A stretch of DNA of 64,000 nucleotides from a virus (lineage: Duplodnaviria > Caudoviricetes). The position numbers were made by a program, and so were the translations under genes. Below, piece by piece: positions 38,035 through 45,610 of this stretch (positions are counted from its first letter, which is position 1; every line of letters starts with the position of its first letter). Under the pieces are notes generated by a model, which worked only from the letters and a program-made list of their open reading frames with translations, did no database searches and was not told where the DNA came from. The stretch is from the IMG/VR virus record IMGVR_UViG_3300026522_000028, positions 12,181 to 76,180 of that record, one strand, 5' to 3'.

Positions 38035-38346
38035 ATGAGACTGAAAACCGTTGAAAAGCTCATCAAGTACGCCGACATTCGCAAGGGTAGCGGCACGACA
38101 CTCGGGAACCATTGGGTATCGGTCGGTTCCCTGAAGTTGAGCGTAACCTTCGGATACCATTCGACGGCAATCGCCCGGGTCTTGTTCAATCACAAGACCA
38201 TCGAGTTCGACAATGGAGGCTGGGACACTTCGAGCACCAACACGGCTCTTCGCGACTACTTCGGCGAATACGTCGTAAAGCGCGGCTACAAAGACGTGAC
38301 GGACTACACGAAGCATGCAGACATTCGTCGTCGGCTCTATCGGTGA
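38035..38346 (+). CDS. Early hypothetical protein
   Basis: RBS; GYHSTAIA..DNGGWDTSST. Confidence 0.75.
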   Translation: MRLKTVEKLIKYADIRKGSGTTLGNHWVSVGSLKLSVTFGYHSTAIARVLFNHKTIEFDNGGWDTSSTNTALRDYFGEYVVKRGYKDVTDYTKHADIRRRLYR

Positions 38347-38383
38347 GGGACATTTTCCCACAGGAACAACAGGAGGAATAACC

Positions 38384-38794
38384 ATGAAAAACGCAACGGT
38401 CACATTCAAGAACGGCAAGACGCTGGGTATCTACGACGGCAAATTCTTCGGCGTCGAGGTATCGACGGAGCCGTGCATGAAAGGGCAGCTGGACTACTAC
38501 GCCATGATTCACGGATTCTGCGACGCAATGATTTTGAACAATGAAATCATTCGCCATGCCGATGACTGGGAGGTGGTAAACGGCAGCGACTACGATGAGG
38601 AAACGGGGGAGTATTTCGAGGTATTCCAGTATTTCATCATCGACGGCAATGGCGCGGAGTATCTGGAGGAATACACGGATCAACTCGTGTACTATAGCGA
38701 ATCGCTGGACATGTATCTGCTCGGGGTGACGCACTGCGGAACCGCGTGGGACTGCGTAAACTCTGGGTACGAGGTAACGGCAGAAGCCGAATGA
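38384..38794 (+). CDS. Early acidic protein (possible DNA mimic)
   Basis: RBS; EVFQYFII...LDMYLLGVTHCGTAWD; very D/E rich. Confidence 0.75.
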   Translation: MKNATVTFKNGKTLGIYDGKFFGVEVSTEPCMKGQLDYYAMIHGFCDAMILNNEIIRHADDWEVVNGSDYDEETGEYFEVFQYFIIDGNGAEYLEEYTDQLVYYSESLDMYLLGVTHCGTAWDCVNSGYEVTAEAE

Positions 38795-38819
38795 CACTAG
38801 GGACACAGGAGGAATTACA

Positions 38820-39137
38820 ATGAGATTCTATGGACATTGCATGGAGGAAAACGGCTTCGATGTAATCCGTGATTTCCGCATGGGCAAATGGGAGATTGCC
38901 GTGTCGGAGCCGTACAAGAATTACAAGGGTGAACCGAAAATCACGGTGCTTGTCGGTGACGATTTCGGCGGTGACTACGTGCATTGGTGGCTCTTCAAGG
39001 ATTCCGATGGTATCCAGAAACAGCACATCAACTACACGCAGGCGTCCGACGCATACATGCCGCCGCCGTACATCTGCAGGAAAATCGCAGAAGTCTTCCA
39101 GCGCACCGCTGAGGAGTATGGGATTTTGGAGGGATAA
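38820..39137 (+). CDS. Early hypothetical protein
   Basis: ACAGGAGG RBS. Confidence 0.75.
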   Translation: MRFYGHCMEENGFDVIRDFRMGKWEIAVSEPYKNYKGEPKITVLVGDDFGGDYVHWWLFKDSDGIQKQHINYTQASDAYMPPPYICRKIAEVFQRTAEEYGILEG

Positions 39138-39139
39138 CA

Positions 39140-39397
39140 ATGGAGGCACGCATTTATGGACTGCTGGAAAATCGTATCTACGATTCGGCCATGAGTTACT
39201 TTGGCAAACTGATGGAGGCACGAGAACACCACACGGAGGTGAATGTGTATTGCTCTGGGAGAGCACAAGGAAAAGTGTTTGCACTCATTGATTTTGCGGT
39301 AGCCGCTGGGATGACCGAGGATTACGCCGCATTGCTTTACAGAAAAGCACGGAAATCATTCGCGGTTCAGCACAATATGAGCGAGGAGGATTTGTAA
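39140..39397 (+). CDS. Early hypothetical protein
   Basis: GGAGG RBS; coupled to the upstream gene. Confidence 0.7.
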   Translation: MEARIYGLLENRIYDSAMSYFGKLMEAREHHTEVNVYCSGRAQGKVFALIDFAVAAGMTEDYAALLYRKARKSFAVQHNMSEEDL

Positions 39398-39588
39398 TGG
39401 AAAATCTGAAAACAATCGCCGCATTCATCGTAGCCACCGCAGCGCGTCCATTCGTGTCGCGACGGTTCCCCGTGTACGACGAGGGAGGCGTGATGGTATC
39501 GACGTATTCGATAACGCCCCGATTCGTCTGGGTGAATCGGGGGATTGCGCTGGTGATGCTCGGCGTATTCGTCGGGATGCACATCTGA
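39397..39588 (+). CDS. Small membrane protein
   Basis: TAATG overlap; hydrophobic C-terminus. Confidence 0.6.
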   Translation: MENLKTIAAFIVATAARPFVSRRFPVYDEGGVMVSTYSITPRFVWVNRGIALVMLGVFVGMHI

Positions 39589-39595
39589 AAATCCG

Positions 39596-39650
39596 CAGTA
39601 ATCTGGGCGCGTCAAGGGACGTGCCTAGGCTAGTGGGGATTTTCCCACAG
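39596..39650 (+). repeat. Two-hairpin intergenic motif, copy D
   Basis: CAGTAAT-CTGGGCGCGTC/GACGTGCCTAG-GCTA-GTGGG-gatttt-CCCAC-AG. Confidence 0.85.
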
Positions 39651-39668
39651 AAATAGGGAGGTATATCC

Positions 39669-39845
39669 ATGAAATACAAAATGAATGTCAAAGAAATCCT
39701 GTCTCGCACCGTGGAAATCGAGGCCGATTCGTTGGAGGACGCGAATCGAAAGGTCCACCAGCTCTATGATGCAGAGGAAATCGTGCTGGACTCTTCGGAC
39801 TGGCAGGAGACAATCATCGATGAGGCAGAAGAAGCGGAGGAATAA
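39669..39845 (+). CDS. DpnD/PcfM-like protein (58 aa)
   Basis: MKYKMNVKEILSRTVEIEADSLEDANRKVHQLYDAEEIVLDSSDW. Confidence 0.7.
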   Translation: MKYKMNVKEILSRTVEIEADSLEDANRKVHQLYDAEEIVLDSSDWQETIIDEAEEAEE

Positions 39846-39848
39846 ACC

Positions 39849-40109
39849 ATGAAGCGCTATGATAACTGGTATGGTATCAAGGAGTTCGATTTCATCTACT
39901 ACAACGAATGGGAGGACCCGACGCTTGTATTCGATGGGACGTCAATTAACGTCCATGACATCGAAGACTATTTCTGGGAGGAATACCTAGAGGACGGCGG
40001 TGAAGACCAGAATTTCGATGCATTCGGCGAATACCTGCGGGATAATGCCGATGAAGTTCTGGAGGAAGCGCGGAGAATTGCCGCAATCACAAGGGAAGAG
40101 GAGGCATAA
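39849..40109 (+). CDS. Early acidic hypothetical protein
   Basis: RBS; strongly acidic, 86 aa. Confidence 0.75.
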   Translation: MKRYDNWYGIKEFDFIYYNEWEDPTLVFDGTSINVHDIEDYFWEEYLEDGGEDQNFDAFGEYLRDNADEVLEEARRIAAITREEEA

Positions 40110-40111
40110 CG

Positions 40112-40306
40112 ATGGAGATCATCGGAACTAGGGAAACGTCAGAGGGATTCTACACACTTGTGCGAGGCGCGTATGGAATCGTCGTGTTGTTCAAGCGCAC
40201 ATCCAATCTGCTTCACCGATATGTTTTGAAATACGGTCAGAATCCATGCAAGGTGAAGACCATTGATGATGCATTGAAATGTGCATGGGATGAAACGGGG
40301 TGCTGA
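40112..40306 (+). CDS. Early hypothetical protein
   Basis: GAGGAGG RBS. Confidence 0.65.
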   Translation: MEIIGTRETSEGFYTLVRGAYGIVVLFKRTSNLLHRYVLKYGQNPCKVKTIDDALKCAWDETGC

Positions 40307-40587
40307 CAATGGAACCATTGAGAACTACTGTGGTGTTCCGCAAGTTTAGGGACGGCGATGTCATCGCATTGTTCCCAGAGGACGGGGAGTTTTCCAGCGG
40401 TCGCATCATGACCTACATGCACGACGGGCAGCACTGTTCTGCGCCGTATCCAGAAATCGTGCAAGGGACAATCCCAGCGATGCCGGAGGAATACGCCGAC
40501 CTGTTGGAGGAACTGAAATACGTTGGTTACATTCCGGTTGTGCGGAAGAAATGCCATGTAAAGTGGAGCTGCCAGTATCGGTATTGA
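40300..40587 (+). CDS. Early hypothetical protein
   Basis: VVFRKFRDGDVIALFP..YMHDGQH. Confidence 0.7.
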   Translation: MLTMEPLRTTVVFRKFRDGDVIALFPEDGEFSSGRIMTYMHDGQHCSAPYPEIVQGTIPAMPEEYADLLEELKYVGYIPVVRKKCHVKWSCQYRY

Positions 40588-40603
40588 ATGGAGGACTGAA
40601 ATC

Positions 40604-40951
40604 ATGAAGAACGAACAGAATTACAAGGGATTCGCGGCCATCCGTGACAAGGCGGTGGAGATTGGAATGCCGAAGTATTGGGCAACAGACCTAGGGATCG
40701 ACGCGATGTCCCTGTGGGAACACAAGGACACACCGTTCATCTGGATTCCTCGTGAGTGCGGCACGGCTCTCGTGCTGCTCGACGAAACGAACAAGACAAT
40801 ACAGGATTGCGGGCTGGGTATCGTAGACTACTATCGGACGCAGGAGGAGACAGCACGGTTCTTCTATTGGGACGGCGATAGGCTAACCGAGAAAACTGGA
40901 GATGAAGCCTACGATATAACCGCAACCGCATTCTCTGCAATCGCAGGATAA
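40604..40951 (+). CDS. Early hypothetical protein
   Basis: GGAGG RBS; 115 aa. Confidence 0.7.
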   Translation: MKNEQNYKGFAAIRDKAVEIGMPKYWATDLGIDAMSLWEHKDTPFIWIPRECGTALVLLDETNKTIQDCGLGIVDYYRTQEETARFFYWDGDRLTEKTGDEAYDITATAFSAIAG

Positions 40952-40968
40952 CATTTTGCAAAAACTAC

Positions 40969-40997
40969 TTGACAATGACACGATAATCGTCTATAAT
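40969..40997 (+). promoter_or_regulatory. Early sigma-A promoter P4
   Basis: TTGACA-atgacacgataatcgtc-TATAAT; ACGAT-A-ATCGT palindrome in the spacer. Confidence 0.88.
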
Positions 40998-41073
40998 GAA
41001 ACCATCGAGAGGCGATAGGGACAACAAAGATATACGCAGACGATAACATCTATGTGAACGGAGGAACGGAACA

Positions 41074-41421
41074 ATGAAATCCTATGACGAAATCGTTGAA
41101 GAAATCTACAACATGAACGATGAGGAAATCGTGAACATCTGGAATGAGTATTGCGACTACGCAAACAACGATGACCGCATCTATCCGATGGACGAGTTTG
41201 AGTCCATCGCAGAGCCGCCGTCGAAATGCTGGGACGAGTTCTGGGAAATGTTCGATGACCTGAAGGACTTCGACCGTAATGCCGCGTGGTTCTACAAAGA
41301 TGACCGCTGGGATTGCTGGACTTCCCTTGACAATCCTTGGGATGTAGTCAGTCCAGAGGATATGGCTAGGGCCATCGCCGATGGAGACTTCGATCCGAGC
41401 TGGGATTTTGAGGAGGAATGA
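41074..41421 (+). CDS. Highly acidic protein (possible DNA mimic / antirestriction)
   Basis: 115 aa, very D/E and W rich. Confidence 0.7.
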   Translation: MKSYDEIVEEIYNMNDEEIVNIWNEYCDYANNDDRIYPMDEFESIAEPPSKCWDEFWEMFDDLKDFDRNAAWFYKDDRWDCWTSLDNPWDVVSPEDMARAIADGDFDPSWDFEEE

Positions 41422-41425
41422 ACCA

Positions 41426-41734
41426 ATGGAAGTCACAGAACTTTCCCGTGACCAGCTCACGGAGCTCAAAGGGAATTACCTTGACGAACGAATGGACGGC
41501 AGCGCAAGCTGGGGAGAAATTGCCGACGCCGACGAAATCATCAGCGACGCCGAAATCTTTGAGGCATACGCGGGATACGAGTTCGGCAACGATGACTTCT
41601 TCTGCACCGCTGGAATTTCAGAGGACTTATTCGACGCCGACGAGCGGACTGTCCTAAGAAGCGTCCGCCAATGCGCCGACAGGATTACTTTGGAAGACAT
41701 CGAGCGCAACGCAAGCATAGTTTGCGCCGTGTGA
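41426..41734 (+). CDS. Early acidic hypothetical protein
   Basis: GAGGAGG RBS; MEVTELSRDQLTELK. Confidence 0.7.
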   Translation: MEVTELSRDQLTELKGNYLDERMDGSASWGEIADADEIISDAEIFEAYAGYEFGNDDFFCTAGISEDLFDADERTVLRSVRQCADRITLEDIERNASIVCAV

Positions 41735-41750
41735 TTGGAGGAATTGAACG

Positions 41751-42392
41751 ATGAAAGAGCAGAAAATCAGAGTGTATGTTCCGTCGATTCAGATGGTGAA
41801 GACCTACAGATACGACGAGCTGCCGGAGGAATCCAAGGGAAGCATTCGGGATGAATGGAGAGATGGCGATGATTACGATTGGTCGGAGGAGATTGCTTCG
41901 ATGAAAGCTATCGCGAAAGCATTGAACTGTGACCTGCGATACGAGCAGGACCCGTGGGGTTGGACTGTGAGACTGTCTCCGAACTTCGAGTACATAGACG
42001 AGGAGAAAATCAGCGGTGTGCGTGCTCTGGCGTACATCGAAAACAAATTCATCACGCCGAACGAGAAAGGGAAGTTCTATGGATACTTCTACAACTACGG
42101 AAAGCGCGAATACAGGGGAATCACGAAGAGTTTGGATTGTCCGTTCACAGGGTTCTGGCTGGACGATGACCTGCGGGTTGCCTATGAAATCTGGAAGGAT
42201 CACCTGCGTGGAAATCCGCAGATAACCGTCGAAGATTTCCTGATGTTTGTCGAGGACACGCTGAAGAAAGACTTGGATTCCATCGTCGAAGACCATCAGA
42301 CCGACGAGTATGTTGACGAAGAAATCGAAGCGAACTGGGATGACCGCTGGTATACCATCGACGGTAGGGATGTGACCGATGATATTGCATGA
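41751..42392 (+). CDS. Early hypothetical protein (213 aa)
   Basis: GGAGG RBS. Confidence 0.75.
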   Translation: MKEQKIRVYVPSIQMVKTYRYDELPEESKGSIRDEWRDGDDYDWSEEIASMKAIAKALNCDLRYEQDPWGWTVRLSPNFEYIDEEKISGVRALAYIENKFITPNEKGKFYGYFYNYGKREYRGITKSLDCPFTGFWLDDDLRVAYEIWKDHLRGNPQITVEDFLMFVEDTLKKDLDSIVEDHQTDEYVDEEIEANWDDRWYTIDGRDVTDDIA

Positions 42393-42399
42393 GTGTCCG

Positions 42400-42454
42400 C
42401 AGTAATCTGGGCGCATCCGATGATGTGCCTAGGCTAGTGGGGATTCTCCCATAG
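42400..42454 (+). repeat. Two-hairpin intergenic motif, copy E
   Basis: CAGTAAT-CTGGGCGCATC/GATGTGCCTAG-GCTA-GTGGG-gattct-CCCAT-AG. Confidence 0.85.
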
Positions 42455-42501
42455 AGGTATAGAGGTATAACGCTATAGAGGTATGGAGGTATAGAGGTAT
42501 G
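42451..42501. repeat. 51-bp octamer array; inverted near-copy (49/51) of 33800-33850
   Basis: atagaggtatagaggtataacgctatagaggtatggaggtatagaggtatg. Confidence 0.88.
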
Positions 42502-42759
42502 AAAATGTATCTGATTCTCGTAGATGATTCGTCGAATTGCACGACAATGCAGGCCGCGTTTTCCACTAGGGAAAAGGCGCAGGAGTTCTTCGCGAAAGAG
42601 ATGGAAGACTACTGGCCGAAAGCAGAGTGGAACAACGGCAGCTATGACATCGACGGAAAGACCGCCGAGGAATGCATTGAGAAGCTGGAGTTCTATGACG
42701 CTGGGGACAATCATCTGTACGGCATGGAACTCGAAGTTGACTCTGGTAAATGGATGTAA
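42499..42759 (+). CDS. Early hypothetical protein
   Basis: ATG lies at the end of the octamer array. Confidence 0.7.
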   Translation: MKMYLILVDDSSNCTTMQAAFSTREKAQEFFAKEMEDYWPKAEWNNGSYDIDGKTAEECIEKLEFYDAGDNHLYGMELEVDSGKWM

Positions 42760-42772
42760 GGAGGAACTAGCG

Positions 42773-43210
42773 ATGATTGACTATGAAAACAAAAAGATTG
42801 CCGTGGAGTGGAACGTCGATGACGTGCAGGATGTTATCAATGGGATGCGGTCGAACAATAAACGGTTCGTCCCTGCGCTGACCGAGGAAGAAAAGTTCCG
42901 GGTGCTGGTGTACTGCGAGGAAAACCACAATGCAGCCTATGGCATCAGTTGGGATTCCATCACGGATGCCTTGCACCGTCTCTATGGGGACAGAGAGAAA
43001 CGCTGTGCCTACGTCTATGACATCAATGAAACCATCGAAGACTGGGAGCGCAATCTCAAAACACGGTTCGTCCCTGCGCTGACCGAGGAGGAAAAGCAGC
43101 GTGCCGTTGACTACTTCGACGAGCACGATGACGGGAAGAAGTTCTTCTGGGATGGCATCGAGGAAGCATTGGACACACTCTATGGAGACAGGGAGGTCGA
43201 GGGAAAATGA
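42773..43210 (+). CDS. Hypothetical protein with internal tandem duplication
   Basis: RFVPALTEEEK...L..LYGDRE occurs twice. Confidence 0.7.
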   Translation: MIDYENKKIAVEWNVDDVQDVINGMRSNNKRFVPALTEEEKFRVLVYCEENHNAAYGISWDSITDALHRLYGDREKRCAYVYDINETIEDWERNLKTRFVPALTEEEKQRAVDYFDEHDDGKKFFWDGIEEALDTLYGDREVEGK

Positions 43211-43470
43211 GAGTCATACTGACCTATTGTGAAACAGAACATCCCGTGTCTTGTAACTGGATGCTGGAGCCGAACAAATACCCTGTATGCACGGAGGAGT
43301 TCGACATCCCGCAAGTCGATGGGCGCATCGTATTGAAGGATGGATGCAGATGCTTCGACGATGTACTCGTCGAATCCCCCTACGGCAGATACATAGATAC
43401 TGAAACAGGGAAACGCTACCACGTTTGCACCGGACACCCTGAAACTATGAAACTCGTGAAGGAGAACTGA
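43207..43470 (+). CDS. Early hypothetical protein
   Basis: ATGA overlap with the upstream gene; RBS. Confidence 0.65.
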   Translation: MRVILTYCETEHPVSCNWMLEPNKYPVCTEEFDIPQVDGRIVLKDGCRCFDDVLVESPYGRYIDTETGKRYHVCTGHPETMKLVKEN

Positions 43471-43476
43471 TTAACC

Positions 43477-43848
43477 ATGTTGAATATCAACGCATATACA
43501 GAGCCGCTTCGTAGCTTCCTTGCGGCAGCCATGAAGGACGCCGATTACAACTGGAGGGACAGTGAACACGAATCGTGGGAGAGCGATGAAGCGCCAGAAT
43601 CGTCGTGCATCGACGAGAACACCTTGGAAAATGCCTACGAAATCTTCGATAGATTCCATGAACAGCATCGCTGGGTTCCCTTTGATTTCCTTGACGGCGG
43701 TCAGGTCTACATGGAGATTGTCTATGGAGACAGCGACCTGAACGAAGATGACAAGGCATGGATTCACAAGGAATATCCGAACGGAATGCCGTCGGCAGAG
43801 ATTGCCAGAACAATTTATGGTGACTATCGTCTTTTCATGGAGGGATAA
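43477..43848 (+). CDS. Early hypothetical protein
   Basis: AAGGAG RBS. Confidence 0.7.
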   Translation: MLNINAYTEPLRSFLAAAMKDADYNWRDSEHESWESDEAPESSCIDENTLENAYEIFDRFHEQHRWVPFDFLDGGQVYMEIVYGDSDLNEDDKAWIHKEYPNGMPSAEIARTIYGDYRLFMEG

Positions 43849-43851
43849 ACA

Positions 43852-44061
43852 ATGCTGATTGATATTACGTCGAAGCCATGGAATTGGCCGACCGATTATC
43901 CTACGATGGACGCCATCATTGATGGACATAGGGATCGGCTGGTTCAGCGGCATCCAGACGGCAGCCTGTGGATGGATCACATGTATTACGATGGAGAGCG
44001 CGGGACGGTTCTGGAGTACGTGCCTGTTCCCGATGACGCAACCGCGAAGGAGGTCGAATGA
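43852..44061 (+). CDS. Early hypothetical protein
   Basis: GGAGG RBS. Confidence 0.65.
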   Translation: MLIDITSKPWNWPTDYPTMDAIIDGHRDRLVQRHPDGSLWMDHMYYDGERGTVLEYVPVPDDATAKEVE

Positions 44062-44856
44062 CAATGGACTACAGCGAATTTCTGGCAGAGGTGAAGGTTC
44101 TGCGCTCCAAGGCAACCTACGAGGGATACAAGGCAGCGCTGAAGCACTTCCCGAATCCGACGAAGGAAAACATCATGAAGTACATCGAGAATCCGAAGTT
44201 CTCATCGAGCACAAAAAAAAGAACGCCTCCGTATTCTCGGAACTGCCCTCAGATGGTACAATAAGATGGACAGAGGAATCGAGCGAATCATCAAGGGATA
44301 CCGTGAGAACAAGACGGTCGAGCCCTGCCCTACCAATGAGCAGGTGGAGCTGGCATGGAACCAGCTCGGGAACAACAGAGACAGAGCGATGTTCGCGCTG
44401 ATGGCCTACAATGGTTTGCGTATCGGCGAAGTTCATGCATTGGATAGAGCCGACGTAGACATTGAGCATAACATTTTGACCGTTCGCGGAACCAAAGGTA
44501 AGCACGATGCAATCATCCCGCTCATCCATCCGAGAGTCCAGAAATACCTGTATGCATGGATGACCGAGCGCCACGATAACTACAAGGCATTGTTCATCGG
44601 GCCGAACGGTCGGCTGTCCTATGGATTTCTCAAGGTGAAATTCCATGAGTTGTTCCGCGATCTCGGCATGGAGTTCCATGCACATTCCCTCCGGCGCTAC
44701 TATGCCAATTCCATGTACAACGCAGGAGTTCCGTTGCAGGACATGTCAGTTGCCATGCGTCACGCCAATGTTTCCACGACGATGCGCTACCTGAACATTG
44801 GGCAGCAGAACGTTGTGGCTGCGCTCCAGCGCACATTCGCTGGAGCTACGGCGTAA
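44058..44856 (+). pseudogene. Xer-like tyrosine recombinase with a +1 frameshift in an A8 run (44213-44220)
   Basis: GLRIGE, TKGK, HSLRR, RHAN and TMRYL catalytic residues; removing one A fuses STKK to ERLRILG..MDRG. Confidence 0.85.
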
Positions 44857-44869
44857 GGGAGGGATGCGC

Positions 44870-44926
44870 ATGGTACATTTCATCGCATTCCTGTTCTTCA
44901 TTTTCTTCTTGCTTTTCGATGACTGA
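44870..44926 (+). CDS. Phe-rich 18-aa hydrophobic peptide
   Basis: GGGAGG RBS; MVHFIAFLFFIFFLLFDD. Confidence 0.45.
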   Translation: MVHFIAFLFFIFFLLFDD

Positions 44927-44940
44927 CGGAGGTAATTACA

Positions 44941-45153
44941 ATGGAAAAGAAATATCCAACTGTTGAAAACGAGTACGGCGTTGCCATTGATTTCGAGGAG
45001 GCCGTGAATCTCATGGATGATGGCATCCGCGAATCGTTGAATGCCGAGCTTGCGCCGTGCAGCCCGCAGGAGTTCTTCGATGCATACTGCAAGTCGCATG
45101 AGCGGAAGTTCGGCGAACCGTTTGAATTTGCAAAGGAAAATCCTGTGGCATAA
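44941..45153 (+). CDS. AcrIC5-like anti-CRISPR protein
   Basis: IDFEEAVNLMDDGIRESL...QEFFDAYCKSHERKFG matches the AcrIC5 pattern as recalled from memory. Confidence 0.7.
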   Translation: MEKKYPTVENEYGVAIDFEEAVNLMDDGIRESLNAELAPCSPQEFFDAYCKSHERKFGEPFEFAKENPVA

Positions 45154-45168
45154 GAGGAGGGATGAGCG

Positions 45169-45450
45169 ATGACGTTCGATGAATACTATGAGGCAACAGA
45201 TAAAAAGCTCATGGAACTAAGTTACACAGAACCCGACGATTTCAAGAGGAGGCATTGGATAGAGCAGCGCAGCTTCCTTGGCCGCATCAAAGTCGGCAAG
45301 GATAAAATTTATGATGAAGCGAGGGAACGCATCATACGCTACCTTGAGGAGCATCACGGAGAGAACGCGAATGTCTATGCGCTCGAAGATGTAGATCAAT
45401 GGATGTGCGGTTTAGCCATGAAGAAAATCTATGGGAACAAGGGGGAATGA
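45169..45450 (+). CDS. Early hypothetical protein
   Basis: GAGGAGG RBS. Confidence 0.7.
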   Translation: MTFDEYYEATDKKLMELSYTEPDDFKRRHWIEQRSFLGRIKVGKDKIYDEARERIIRYLEEHHGENANVYALEDVDQWMCGLAMKKIYGNKGE

Positions 45451-45453
45451 ATC

Positions 45454-45609
45454 ATGATAAAAATCAGAACACCTTTCGCAATCGCAGCGGCAGTAATTAC
45501 TGTCATAGCTATCATTGCAAACCCAGAGAAAATGGCAGCGTTGCCGTGGTTTGCAGGGGTATCGACTGGGATTCTTGTAACGTATGTGGCATCGAAAGTC
45601 GAGGGATAA
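45454..45609 (+). CDS. Small two-TM membrane protein
   Basis: MIKIRTPFAIAAAVITVIAIIANPEKMAALPWFAGVSTGILVTYV. Confidence 0.55.
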   Translation: MIKIRTPFAIAAAVITVIAIIANPEKMAALPWFAGVSTGILVTYVASKVEG

Positions 45610-45610
45610 C

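Noticed and set aside
37069-42454. CRISPR array or canonical integron
   Set aside because: The repeats are separated by whole ORFs of variable length. There are no RYYYAAC/GTTRRRY attC boxes, and the recombinase appears to lack the IntI-specific insertion.
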